A stretch of 64,000 bases of DNA. Origin: Octopus sinensis (lineage: Eukaryota). The position numbers and the translations under genes are program-made. The stretch covers positions 11,656,001 through 11,720,000 of the forward strand of contig NC_043025.1 in assembly GCF_006345805.1 (NCBI RefSeq), in the 5' to 3' direction. Each line of letters opens with the position of its first letter. The first letter of the stretch is position 1. Shown one piece after another: positions 36,306-49,680 of the stretch. The notes under the pieces are model-generated. The model was given only the letters and a program-made list of their open reading frames with translations. It was not told where the DNA came from and did not search any database.

Positions 36306-36343
36306 TCTTTCTGTTGAAGAGCGCAGGCTCGAAATGTAAAAGA
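36306..36343 (+). ncRNA. Minimal hammerhead-like motif (variant core CUGUUGA)
   Basis: TCTTT-CTGTTGA-A-GAGC-GCAG-GCTC-GAAAT-GT-A-AAAGA; same family as 5894-5931. Confidence 0.6.
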
Positions 36344-36439
36344 CTTGTTTTATTTATATTCCTGAGTGCCATACTAATACAATTGTTTGTTTGTACTCCA
36401 CCTGCCTTTGTCTTTTGTTTATTTTCGTAAACCTTCCCG

Positions 36440-36476
<37 letters not shown>

Positions 36477-36514
36477 TATACGTATATATATATAGAGAGA
36501 GAGAGAGAAAGACA

Positions 36515-36783
36515 CCAATCACTCATCAAGGTTGAGCTGGTGGCCAAGATCAAAGAGATGTTTGGAGATCTTCTCAGGGACACGGAGAGGAATGCATGCA
36601 GCAGGTGTCTGAGCTGCCTGGAGGCCAAGGCACAAGCTGAGCACATCTTCTTTAATTAAACTTTTATCTCATGGCCATAATCTGCTTCGTGTAATTTGAC
36701 TTTTTACAATACGTTTTTTTTTAGATGTGATATTTTGTTTTCTCTTCCCATTATGCAAACTCAAATTTAGCCTGAACACCTTG
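36515..36783 (+). pseudogene. Tc1/mariner transposase C-terminal relic with right TIR
   Basis: ELVAKIKEMFGDLLRDTERNACSRCLSCLEAKAQAE resembles the Tc1-family C-terminus; ends CCTGAACACCTTG|TA. Confidence 0.6.
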
Positions 36784-36821
36784 TATATATATGTGTGTAT
36801 ATACGTATACATACCTAATAT

Positions 36822-36867
<46 letters not shown>

Positions 36868-37219
36868 CACATACACATGTATATATGTGTGTATGCATAT
36901 ATGTATGTATGTATATATATATATATATATATATATAAATATATATATACACACACATATATATAAACATGCATATATATACACATACACATGTATATAT
37001 GTATGTTTATGAATATATGTACATATGTGTATATGTATGTATATGTATGTGTATATATATATATATGTATGTATGTATATGCATATACGTGTATGTATAT
37101 ATATGTATGCATATATGTGTATGTATATGTATATATTATATATATATGTTATATATATATATATATATATATATATACGTACATACATATGTATATATAT
37201 GTATGCATATATGTGTATG

Positions 37220-37251
<32 letters not shown>

Positions 37252-37498
37252 CGTACATACATATGTATATATATATGTATGTTTATATATGTGTATATAT
37301 ATATATATAAATACATATATACATGCATACATACATGCATACATACATGCATACATACATATATATTTACACACACATGCACAGACACATACACGCAGCT
37401 ATACATATACACACACACACCCATACTAATTATTACATACTAATTGTCTCAAATGTAATTTTTACTTCTTTTTTTGTATTTTAAAATTTCTTCCGCAG

Positions 37499-37513
37499 TC
37501 GCCCTGTTTGTTG
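37499..37513 (+). other. Candidate 15-nt microexon
   Basis: CTAAT branch-like motif, long T tract, TTCCGCAG|TCGCCCTGTTTGTTG|GTAAGT. Confidence 0.4.
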
Positions 37514-37719
37514 GTAAGTCTGTTTGTTGCTAGTATGCATACTATTTTCTACTATCTACAAACACACAGATACACTACATGTACTACTTATCTATTACTG
37601 ATGTGCATGCACACACACTTGTACGCACACACATATATAATTGCATTTATATATATTTAGATAAAGGCAAACATCCACACATATGTAAATACATACATAC
37701 ATACATACATAATACTAAT

Positions 37720-40605
37720 AATGAAATTATTGTATACAGTGCTCAGGTGCACCACAACTTGTCAGAGTATATACAGTAATGTACAAATGTCTGGAAAGCG
37801 AACAATGCATGAGTCAGATACATGCTTGTGTGTGTATGGAGGGGAGAAGATCAGGTGTAATAATAATAATAATAATAAACATTGTGTACAGTGCTCAGGT
37901 GCACTACAACTCATCTATAGTGCATATATAATCAGGTGTAGTTTCGACGGATTTCGGAAAGCATGAGGGCCTTAAAGGATGCAGTGTCATGGCAGTCAAC
38001 AACTGACGCAGGCAGTTTTTTCCATGCTTCAGTAACTCTGAGCATGAAGAAATGTTTCCGAAAGTCATGGGAGCTGTGTTGTTTTCTGACTTTGTAGGCA
38101 TGTCCACGTGTGTTAGACACATGGAGATCAAAAAAATGTTCAGTGTTGTTATTGGTGAGGTGGTTGATAACTTTGTGGGTGTTTACCAAGTCCGTCGCCA
38201 GACGCCGGAGCTTCAGTGAATCCATGCCCAGGGAAACAAGGCGCTCAGAATATGGTAGGTGTCTGATGGAGGGTATGCATTTGGTTGCACGTCTCTGAAC
38301 AGAGTGGCGAATCTCAGAAAGCATGAAAGTTTTGAAGGATGCAGTGCTCCGACAACTAACAACTGATGCCGGCAGTTTGTTCCATGCTTCAGCGTGTGTA
38401 TGGAGGGGAGAAGATCAGGTGTAGTGTTGGCGAATCTCAGGAAGCATGGAAGTTTTAAAGGATGCAGTGCTCCGACTAAAACAACTGATGCCGGCAGTTT
38501 GTTCCATGCTTCAGCGTGTGTATGGAGGGGAGGAGAAGATCAGGTGTAGTGTTGGCGAATCTCAGGAAGCATGGAAGTTTTGAAGGATGCAGTGCTCCGA
38601 CAACTAACAACTGATGCCGGCAGTTTGTTCCATGCTTCAGCGTGTGTATGGAGGGGAGAAGATCAGGTGTAGTGTTGGCGAATCTCAGGAAGCATGGAAG
38701 TTTTAAAGGATGCAGTGCTCCGACAACTAACAACTGATGCCGGCAGTTTGTTCCATGCTTCAGCGTGTGTATGGAGGGGAGAAGATCAGGTGTAGTGTTG
38801 GCGAATCTCAGGAAGCATGGAAGTTTTAAAGGATGCAGTGCTCCGACAACTAACAACTGATGCCGGCAGTTTGTTCCATGCTTCAGCGTGTGTATGGAGG
38901 GGAGAAGATCAGGTGTAGTGTTGGCGAATTTCTCAGGAAGCATGGAAGTTTGAAGGATGCAGTGCTCCGACAACTAACAACTGATGCCGGCAGTTTTTTT
39001 CCATGCTTCAGCGTGTGTATGGAGGGGAGAAGATCAGGTGTAGTGTTGGCGAATCTCAGGAAGCATGGAAGTTTTAAAGGATGCAGTGCTCCGACAACTA
39101 ACAACTGATGCCGGCAGTTTTTCCATGCTTCAGCGTGTGTATGGAGGGGAGAAGATCAGGTGTAGTGTTGGCGAATCTCAGGAAGCATGGAAGTTTTAAA
39201 GGATGCAGTGCTCCGACAACTAACAACTGATGCCGGCAGTTTGTTCCATGCTTCAGCGTGTGTATGGAGGGGAGAAGATCAGGTGTAGTGTTGGCGAATT
39301 TCTCAGGAAGCATGGAAGTTTTGAAGGATGCAGTGCTCCGATAACTAACAACTGATGCCGGCAGTTTGTTCCATGCTTCAGCTTGTGTATGGAGTGGAGA
39401 AGATCAGGTGTAGTGTCGGCGAATCTCAGAAAGCATGGAAGATTTGAAGGATGCAGTGCTCCGACAACTAACAACTGATGCCGGCAGTTTGTTCCATGCT
39501 TCAGCATGTGTATGGAGGGGAGAAAATCAGGTGTAGTGTTGGCGAATCTCTCAGAAAGCATGGAAGTTTTGAAGGATGCAGTGCTCCGACAACTAACAAC
39601 CGATGCCGGCAGTTTGTTCCATGCTTCAGCGTGTGTATGGAGGGGAGAAGATCAGGTGTAGTGTCGGCGAATCTCAGAAAGCATGGAAGTTTTGAAGGAT
39701 GCAGTGCTCCGACAGCCAACAACTGATGCCGGCAGTTTGTTCCATGCTTCAGCGTGTGTATGGAGGGGAGGAGAAAATCAGGTGTAGTGTTAGCGAATCT
39801 CTCAAGAAGCATGGAAGTTTTGAAGGATGCAGTGCTCCGACAACTAACAACTGATGCCGGCAGTTTGTTCCATGCTTCAGTGTGTGTATGGAGGGGAGAA
39901 GATCAGGTGTAGTGTTGGCGAATCTCAGAAAGCATGGAAGTTTTGAAGGATGCAGTGCTCCGACAACCAACAACTGATGCCAGCAGTTTGTTCCATGCTT
40001 CAGTGTGTGTATGGAGGGGAGAAGATCAGGTGTAGTGTTGGCGAATCTCTCAGGAAGCATGGAAGTTTTGAAGGATGCAGTGCTCCGACAACTAACAACT
40101 GAGGCCGGCAGTTTGTTCCATTCTTCAGCAACTCTCAGCGTGAAAAAATGTTTCCAAAAGTCATGGGAGCTGTGCTGTTTTCTGACTTTGTAAACATGTC
40201 CACAGGTGTTAGACAGGTGGAGTTTGAAAAGGTGCTCAGAGTTATTGTTTGTAAGATGGTTAATAATTTTATGGGTGTCTGTCAAGTCAGCTGCCAGACA
40301 TTGGAGTTTCAATGTGTCCATGCCCAGGGAAGAAAGGCGTTCAGAATATGGCAAATGCCTGATGGAGGGTATTCTCTTGGTTGCACGTCACTGAACAGTT
40401 TCCAGGGAGAAAATCAGGTGTGGTGTTGGCGAATCTCAGGAAGCATGGAAGTTTTGAAGGATGCAGTGCTCCGACAACTAACAACTGATGCCGGCAGTTT
40501 GTTCCATGCTTCAGCAACTCTTAGCGTGAAAAAATGTTTCCTGAAGTCATGGAAGGAGCTGTGCTGTTTTCTGACTTTGTAAATATGTCCACGGGTGTTA
40601 GACGG
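37720..40605 (-). mobile_element. Concatenated CR1-like LINE 3' fragments with ~14-15 tandem ~122-bp units (38330-40120)
   Basis: PYSERL..LGMD.LKLRRLATDL..THKVIN...TRGHAYKVRK...RKHFFTLRV.E.WNKLP is the typical CR1 C-terminus; same unit as 2173-3520. Confidence 0.9.
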
Positions 40606-40859
40606 GTGGAGTTGGGTGATACATATATATAATGAATGAGGGAAACAGAAAATGGATTTAGCAAGAATCTTTATTCAACACAACAATCGTTTCAACACAC
40701 ACTCACGCACACACACATACACACATCTTCCAAACCCCGTGGTTTGGGTTCAATCCCAGTGCGTGGCACCTTCAGCAGGTGTCTTCTGCTATAGACTCAG
40801 GACAACCAAAGCCTTGTGAGTGGATTTAGTTGAGGGAAATGCATGTGTGTATGTGTATA

Positions 40860-41078
40860 TCATCATCATCATCATCATCATTGTCATCATCATCATCATT
40901 TAACATCCGCTTTCCATGCTAGATGGGTTGGACGGTTCGACCAGGTTCCGGGAAGCCAGGAGGCTGCACCAGGCTCCAGTCTGATCTGGCAGTGTTTCTA
41001 CAGCTAGATGCCCTTCCTAATGCCAACGACTCCGTGAGTGTAGTGGGTGCTTTTTACGTGCCACCGGCACAGGATCCA
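40860..41078 (-). mobile_element. RTE-like 3'UTR fragment
   Basis: (CAT)n tail; GATGCCCTTCCTAATGCCAAC motif. Confidence 0.8.
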
Positions 41079-41081
41079 GAC

Positions 41082-41112
<31 letters not shown>

Positions 41113-41309
41113 GTGTGTGTATAAAAAATATATAAAATGGGACATGAACGCAAAACATTCAAATAGACGATACGAAAACGGATGGGTCATTCGAAGCCTC
41201 TAATCTTCAGTCAAGAACCAGATCATCCCGCAGTTTCGGCTGATTAATCTTGAGATTGCTCCGATCTGGCCAGCCCCAAGGAAAATCTTAGCTACGAGCA
41301 TTAGATATA

Positions 41310-41334
41310 TTATATATAGATATATATTATATAT

Positions 41335-41413
<79 letters not shown>

Positions 41414-42045
41414 TATATTGTATATTATATAATATATATATATATATTTATATATATATATATATGTATAATATATATATATAATATATATATATATATG
41501 TATTATATATATATATATAGTATATATATATATATGTATGTATACATATACCACACATAAATACATCCAACCACATATATATACATATACATACATCATA
41601 TATTATATATATATATTATATATATATATATGTATATATTATATATATATATTATGTATGTATACATATACACACACATAAATACATCCCACCACATATA
41701 TATACATATACATCATACATATATATATTATATAATAATATATATATATATATATTTATCTATCCTTTATTATTCTTATACAAGAATTTTTTGACAGTGA
41801 CTTCAAATTTCATCCAGCAGCTAAGCTGTCGTGGGACTGAGACAAACCTAACTACAGTGTGTTGTGGTCTGATGATGGGTTACTAGCCGAAACTTCGAAG
41901 TCCCTGTCTACAACATCCTTGTTTAAGTATAATAAATTTCTACTCTACAAAAGTACAGAGGAACCATCAGATTAATGTAAAATTGTTTTATCATAACTGA
42001 ACATAAAAACAAGCATTACTATATATATATATATATAATATATAT

Positions 42046-42083
<38 letters not shown>

Positions 42084-42128
42084 GATTTATAATATATATG
42101 AATATATATTATACAATACACACAATAC

Positions 42129-42190
<62 letters not shown>

Positions 42191-42304
42191 GTATATATAT
42201 ATATATATCCATAAATTACATACATATATATCCATATATACATACATATTATACATTATATACATACATACATATATATTATACATACATAATATATACA
42301 TACA

Positions 42305-42340
<36 letters not shown>

Positions 42341-42436
42341 CATACATGCATACATACATACATACATACATACATACATGCATACATACATACATATATA
42401 CATACATACATACACACACGTACATACATACATACA

Positions 42437-42472
<36 letters not shown>

Positions 42473-42478
42473 TATACT
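41310..42478. repeat. TA/TACA microsatellite blocks (split by unique sequence at 41755-42020)
   Basis: Direct read. Confidence 0.9.
41860..41915 (+). ncRNA. Degenerate type-I hammerhead motif with palindromic stem III
   Basis: TGTTGTGGT-CTGATGA-T-GG..CC-GAA-ACTTCGAAGT-C-CC..ACAACA; ACTTCGAAGT is a perfect palindrome; stems I and II are imperfect. Confidence 0.5.
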
Positions 42479-42784
42479 TACATATTGATTGCTTCCTGTC
42501 ATCAGATGTCAGCTGTCTCATTAATAGAACAGCTTCACTTCATCCTTAGATTATCTTGACATATGCTGCGGAAGCATGTGCACCAATCTAAACATCGGCT
42601 GACAACATCAAGAATTACTTCTCAAAAGTTCTGTGCTGTACTTGTGCATGTGTCTATGTATACACACACACACACACACACACACATATATTTATATATA
42701 TATATATCACGTGATTACGTGACCGACCAGACCATCAGATGTTGTTACACATCGCTGGTCACAATGCGTTTGCATTGTTTTAGT

Positions 42785-42950
42785 GGTGAAAGAGTACAGC
42801 AGGGATCACCACCACACCCTGCCGGAGCGTCGTGGAGCTTTTAGGAGTTTTCGCTCAATAAACACACACAACGCCCGGTCTGGGAATCGAAACCGCGATC
42901 CTGCGACCGCAAGTCCGCTGCCCTAACCACTGGGCCATTGCGCCTCCACA
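42785..42950 (-). mobile_element. SINE family C
   Basis: Minus strand GGAGGCGCAATGGCCCAGTGGTTAGGGCAGCGG...GGTTTCGATTCCC. Confidence 0.8.
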
Positions 42951-43385
42951 TATATATATACACTCATGTATGTGTACATGTTTTAGTGCTTGTTTGTCCA
43001 CCCTACCACCACTGGTGTTTGTTTATTTACGTCCCATAACTTTCTCTGTCATGGCCGTTGCGACAATCACACGCTACACACCTTCCTTCCAAGCACTGCT
43101 GTAAACAGCAGAAGTGGGTTAGAATGTTAAAACTTAGTGTGCATGCACAGCAGAGTTCAAGGTCAGTCTGTGCCAAGCGGCTACACTCAGTATGCTTTGG
43201 TTTTGTTACGATGGCAACAGTCCGGATACATATTGATCAGTCCACGTATATGTATGTCTGTATATATGTATATGTATATATAAAATTAATCCAAACAAGA
43301 AAACACAAAAAAAAAACACAACAACGCGAGGACGGGGATCAAATATAGTATTATTGGACGGGCAGGAAGGAAGGGAAGAAGGAGG

Positions 43386-43421
43386 GTTTAACGTTTCGAG
43401 TGGAGGCTCTTCGTCAGAAAC
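43386..43421 (-). ncRNA. Minimal type-I hammerhead ribozyme, intact core (Penelope-type)
   Basis: Minus strand GTTT-CTGACGA-A-GAG-CCTCCA-CTC-GAAAC-GT-T-AAAC: complete core, stem I 4 bp, stem II 3 bp, palindromic ACGT stem III, GUU cleavage triplet. Confidence 0.75.
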
Positions 43422-43599
43422 ATAGGAAAAGGAAAGATCCAGAGAAGGGAAGATGGAGGAAAAAAAATTGCCACGGTACACACGTGGTCACATTTTGAAT
43501 ATATGTGTGCATGTATGTTTGTGTGTGTGTATATATATGTGTGTGTGTATGTGAGTGTGTGTATATATATATATATATATACATATATATACACACACA

Positions 43600-43600
43600 C

Positions 43601-43633
<33 letters not shown>

Positions 43634-43685
43634 GATAGAGAGAGAGATAGACAGATAGACAGACAGATAAATAGATAGATAGATG

Positions 43686-43720
<35 letters not shown>

Positions 43721-43735
43721 GGATAGATAGATACA
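43600..43735. repeat. (GATA)n microsatellite
   Basis: Direct read. Confidence 0.95.
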
Positions 43736-44127
43736 CACACATATCATATATATATATATATATATATATATAAGTACATACATATGAAGATTTTAAGTTT
43801 AGCTTTATAGTTGCAGTTACTGGCAGGAATTCTATGGGGAACTAACTGACCCAGCCCCATTATGGAGTAATTAGGCTTAACAAAATCAAAATGTACAGAG
43901 TTAATTAGTGGAATTATGGCTACGAATCATTAGAAGCACTCATTAAAGACACACATAAATGCATGTCATTAACAACCCGTTAATCATTCTGCGAGTTTAG
44001 TCTGTGATAAGGAGATATACTCATTGATTAAAGCACATTCGCTGTTCTGGGCTACTTGATGTCATCCACAGTAATGATATAATTTTCACTGGATCTACGG
44101 TCAGGAAATCCACAATGTTTGTTGAGT

Positions 44128-44920
44128 TTATCTATATATATAAAGCTGAAGTTGTCTGTCTGTGTGTGGCAGGTTCGGTAGCCTTCAACTAACTCTATCT
44201 CCTCCGAGACCCTGAGGCGCAAATTGACCAAAATTAAGAGTATGATAGAAGAAGGCTTGCTCTTCATTCCGTAGAAGATAAAATTCAAATCGGACCATGT
44301 TAACACCAAAAATTATTTACATCAAAAAGGTGCTTTTTTTTCTATGAAAATCCCTATTTCATACGATTTATAAAGCTTAAGTTGTTTGTGTATGGCAGGT
44401 TTGGTAGCCTTCAACTAACACTATCTCCTCCGAGAAACCTGTGGCACAAGTTGACCAAAATCGAGAGTATGATACAAGAAGGTTTGCTCTTCATTCCGTA
44501 GGAGATAAAATTCAAATTGGACCATGTTAACACCAAAAATTATTTACATCAAAAAGGTTAACACCAAAAATTATTTACATCAAAAAGGGTCAACCAAAGC
44601 CTTGTGAGTGGATTTGGTAGACGGAAACTGAAAGAAGCCCGTCGTATATATGTATATCTATATATATAAAGCTGAAGTTGTCTGTGTGTGTGGCAGGTTC
44701 AGTAGCCTTTAACTAACACTATCTCCTCCGAGACCCTGTGGCTTTTTTTTTTCTATGAAAATCCCTATTTTTGACGATATTTTTACTGCTGTGTCACCAT
44801 TTTTCGGTGTATTTCAACCAGAAAAATGTTCACTTAAAGAGAATAACAAGCTACATAATGTGAAATTTTTACTTTTCAAAATTCCATTCTAAAGGGTCGA
44901 AGCAAACCCGAGCAACGCAA
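44128..44920 (+). mobile_element. Three partial tandem copies of a non-autonomous Helitron with an embedded SINE A fragment
   Basis: TATATAAAGCTGAAGTTGTCTGTG... restarts at ~44130, ~44370 and ~44660; same family as 56324-56716. Confidence 0.75.
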
Positions 44921-45090
44921 GAAATCTCGAATAAAACTGAACAATGACATATATATACATATATATATACACATACACACACATATATATATATATATAT
45001 ATCATAAAATATTAGGGAATAAATCCAAACTAATAGTGGTTTTATTTCTAATTTAATATAAATTATATATATATATACATATATATATAT

Positions 45091-45127
<37 letters not shown>

Positions 45128-45432
45128 TATATATATACACATATATATATATATAATATACACACACCACACACACACACACACATATATACAAACATAC
45201 CTGTGTACTTATTACACACAAATGTAACCTCACTTCACCAACCACTGCCACTGCCACTACCACCACCACCACACAACACCACCACCAACACCATAACAAC
45301 AACTACAACTTTATATATTATATTTTTCAACTTTTAGATTCTCTTTTTGAATTCTTTCTTTTAACATCATTATCCTTTCCCCGAAGCATGTTTTATATAT
45401 ATACAACCCTTTGCATCTTTGATACATATATC

Positions 45433-45465
<33 letters not shown>

Positions 45466-45589
45466 GATATATATATATATATATATATATATACATTTCC
45501 CGTTTTATACACCTCTGCATCCTTTTATACATATATACATTTCCTATTTTACACATTTATGCACCTTTTATATATATACACACACACAC

Positions 45590-45641
45590 ACATATGTGTA
45601 TATTTGTTTGTATGTATGTGAATATATATATATATATATAT

Positions 45642-45672
<31 letters not shown>

Positions 45673-45771
45673 TGTATGTATAATATATATGTATGTATTA
45701 TGTATATATATATCTATGTATTTATGTATGTATGTAAATAATATATATATGTATGTATGTATGTATGTATA

Positions 45772-45804
<33 letters not shown>

Positions 45805-45910
45805 ATAATATGTATGTATTTATATATATATATGTAGTATGTTTATTATATAGTTATGTATGTATGTATGTATATATGTATGTAGTATATATATTATGTA
45901 TGTATGTATA

Positions 45911-45943
<33 letters not shown>

Positions 45944-46575
45944 ATATATATATGTATGTATGTATATATATATAGTATGTATGATGTATATATATATATG
46001 TATGTATGTATGTATATATATGTATGTATGTATGTATATATATGTATGTATGTATGTTATATATATAATGTATGTATGTATATATATATATATGTATGTA
46101 ATGTATATATATATATATATGTATGTATGTATATATATATAATATGTATGTATGTATATATATGTATGTATGTATGTATATATTATATGCATTATGTATG
46201 TATATATATATATGCATGTATGTATGTATGTATATATATTAGGATGTATGTATATGTATATATATGTATGTATGTATGTATTATATGTAATGTATATGTA
46301 TATATATAGATTATGTATGTATGTATATATATATAAGTATGTATGTATATATATATATGTATGTATGTATATATATATATGTATGTATGTATATATATAT
46401 TGTATGTATGTATGTATGTATATATATATATGTATGTATGTATATATATATATGTCTGTATTTATATATATAGTATGTATGTATATATATATATATATAT
46501 ATATTGTATGTAGTATGTATATATATATATATATGTATTATATATATATATATGTATGTATATATATGTGTGTGT
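45590..46575. repeat. (TATG)n/(TA)n microsatellite
   Basis: Direct read. Confidence 0.95.
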
Positions 46576-47378
46576 GTATGTATTTGCATTTCTTATTTTA
46601 TACACACTTTTGCATTTTTATACCTGTTATATTTCATACTTTATATACACCTTTGCACCTCATATATATATCTATATATATGCATTTCATGTTTCATACA
46701 TACCTTTGCATCTTCTATACGTACATATATATATATATAATTATATACACACACACACATTTCATGTTTTTTATCTACTGTGCATCTGTTTTATACGTAT
46801 ACATATATATATATTTCACATTTAATACAGACTTTTGCATCTATTTTATCCTTATATAGATTTGAAATTTTATACTTTTATGCACATCTTTTATACATAC
46901 ATAATATCTTGCTTTTTTTACCTTTGTAATATGTGTGTGTGGTGTGTAAAAACCGGAGATTGGAAAAAAATTGTTGGTATTACTTAATATGCCATTACAC
47001 ATGTTTCGTTTGCCAAGTGGAGTTACAAAATTGTAAACGTATTAGAAAACATGTACAATTTTCTGACTCCTATTAGCAAATGAAACATGTGTAATGGTGG
47101 ATAAATAATACCAAAACGTTTTCAATCTTCTCTTTTGATATGAAAAATATTTTCTCTGCCAAAAATATTTTCCAGTATTTTCAACTCTTATGCATGTCTC
47201 ACACATATATAACATCTACCTATGGATTTTGAATTCTGGAATAAGCCAATATGCTTCAAGAAGACATTACTTGCATTTTAATCTTATCTACTGTTGTGTC
47301 TGGGGAGAGTCATTTTCTTTTTGTACCTTATAATGTAACACACTCACCGGTAAAATTTCCACTTATTTCTTATTTTCA

Positions 47379-48617
47379 TTAGGTTGTCCAGAAAGTCCGT
47401 GCCGATTTATAGTAGCTTATCTTTCAAATTATTTTAGAACATGGTTGAGTCCATAAAATAGGATTTGACTACACCTCCATTTAGAGCACAGTTTAAGCTA
47501 TCTTTCGTGGAAGAAGGTTTATGTCCTATAACCTGTGTTTAATTCTGTAACCCTTTAAAATGGAAGATAAGAAAGTTCATTTTTGACACTTGATGCTTTG
47601 GGAACCAGACAAAAATTGCTGCAGCTCGGCTGGGATGTCCAGAAAGTTCTTGCCAATTTATAGTAGCTTACCTTTTGACTTATTTTAGAACATGGTTGAG
47701 TCCATAAAATAGGATTTCACTACACCTCCATTTAGTGCACAGTTTAAGCTATCTTCTCGTCTGGCAGCTGACTTGGCAGACACCCATAAAATTATCAACC
47801 ATCGTACAAACAATAACTCTGAGCACCTTTTCAAACTCCACCCATCTAACACCCATGGACATGTTTACTAAGTCAGAAAACAGCACAGCTCCCATGACTT
47901 CAGGAAATATTTTTTCACGCTGAGAGTTGCTGAAGCATGGAACAAACTGCCTGCATCAGTTGTTAGTTGTCGGAGCACTGCATCCTTCAAAACTTCCATG
48001 ATTTCTGAGATTCGCCAACACTACACCTGATTTTCTCCCCTCCATACAAACACAAACATGTATCTGACTCATACATTGTTCGCTTTCAAGACATTTTTAC
48101 ATTACTGCATGTACTTTATATGCACTTTCTGACAAGTTGTGGTGCAACTGAGCACTGTATACAATAATTTCATTATTATTTTTTTATTATTATGTTCCTA
48201 TAACCTGTGTTAATTCTGTAAGCCTTTAAAATGGAAGATGAGAAAGTTCATTTTTGGCACTTGATGCTTTGGGAACCAGACAAAAATTGCTGCAGCTCGG
48301 CTGGGATGTGTTACCCCACCCTCCATATTCACCAGATATTGCTCCTTCGGATTTCCACTTATTCAGGTCTCTGCAGGATAGTCTTAATGGTAAAAATTTC
48401 AATTCCTTGGATGACGTAAAAAGATACCTTGATGAATTCTTTGCCATGAAACCACCTCAGATCTGGGAAGAGGGTTTTTTTTAAGTTAAAGGAAAGATGG
48501 AGACGCATTGTGCAACAAAATGGTTCATATTTGGTTGATTAAAAATGTAATGGCAAGTATTTATTGATCTTTTTCTTTCCTTTAAAAATCGGCACGAACT
48601 TTCATGATGACCCAATA
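47379..48617 (+). pseudogene. Internally deleted mariner element with transposase C-terminus (48250-48540)
   Basis: LGWDVLPHPPYSPDIAPSDFHLFRSL is the mariner D,D34D third-acid motif; TIRs TTAGGTTGTCCAGAAAGTCCGTGCCGATTT and AAATCGGCACGAACTTTCATGATGACCCAATA. Confidence 0.9.
47757..48195 (+). mobile_element. CR1-like 3' fragment, single-unit form
   Basis: One copy of the 122-bp unit with native flanks, 3'UTR and (ATT)n tail. Confidence 0.85.
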
Positions 48618-48949
48618 TTTTCCTTGAAAAGGTTGCAAGACGCAATGAAAATTTTAAGAAAATAAAAATAAGAAACAAGTGAAAATCGACCTGCTGGGTG
48701 TATTAAATAATAAGGCACAAAAAGAAAATGACTCTCCCCAGACACAATAAAATATGCTTCAACACACGAATTCATATAAAGAATCTTGCAAACCAAATCC
48801 AAAAACGAAATCTTGTCTACATTATATATAAATATTCTCTTATTCTTTCATTGGTTTCAGCTATTCAGATGTGGCTATGCTGGAGCACTACTACACTAAT
48901 TCAACTATTACATTGATATTTTTATAACTATGTTATTTCAGATGCATAG

Positions 48950-49680
48950 CCTATAGGAGTGGCTATGTGGTAAGTAGCTTGCTAACCAACCACATGGTTC
49001 CGGGTTCAGTGTCTTGGGCAAGTGTCTTCTGCTATAGCCCCGGGCCGACCAATGCCTTGTGAGTGGATTTGGTAGACGGAAACTGAAAGAAGCCCGTCGT
49101 ATATATGTAAGGAAAGGGTTAATAATAACAAAGTTAATTTACTAAATTTTTAATTCCTGGCTGTGTGGTAAGTAGCTTGCTTACCAACCACATGGTTCCG
49201 GGTTCAGTCCCACTGCATGGCACCTTGGGCAAGTGTCTTCTACTATAGCCTTGGGCTGACCAAAGGCTTGTGAGTGGATTTGGTAGATGGAAACTGAAAG
49301 AAGCCTGTCGTTTATATGTATATATATATGTGTGTGTGTGTATGTTTGTGTGTCTGTGTTTGTCCCTGCAACATCACATGACAACCGATGCTGGTGTGTT
49401 TACGTCCCCGTAACTTAGCAGTTCGGCAAAATAGACTGATAGATATATATGTATGTATGTGTGTGTTTGTGTGTCTGTGTTTGTCCCCCTAGCATTGCTT
49501 GATAACCGATGCTGGTGTGTTTAAGTCCCCGTTACTTAGCGGTTCGGCAAAAGAGACCAATACAATAAGTACTGAGCTTACAAAAAAGAATAAGTCCCGG
49601 GATCGATTTGCTCGACTAAAGGCGGTGCTCCAGCATGGGCACAGTCAAATGACTGAAACAAATAAAAGAACATCCAATCT
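48950..49680 (+). mobile_element. SINE family A cluster (two heads, partially duplicated tail)
   Basis: Heads at ~48950 and ~49155; tails at ~49330 and ~49450-49680. Confidence 0.85.

Larger units (their letters stand above)
47295..48748. mobile_element. Fold-back MITE hosting a mariner derivative
   Basis: GTGTCTGGGGAGAGTCATTTTC... mirrored by ...GAAAATGACTCTCCCCAGACAC. Confidence 0.8.

Noticed and set aside
41185-41215. Hammerhead-like CTGAAGA...GAAT on the minus strand
   Set aside because: GAAA core is broken and stems are not convincing; may be a decayed relative.
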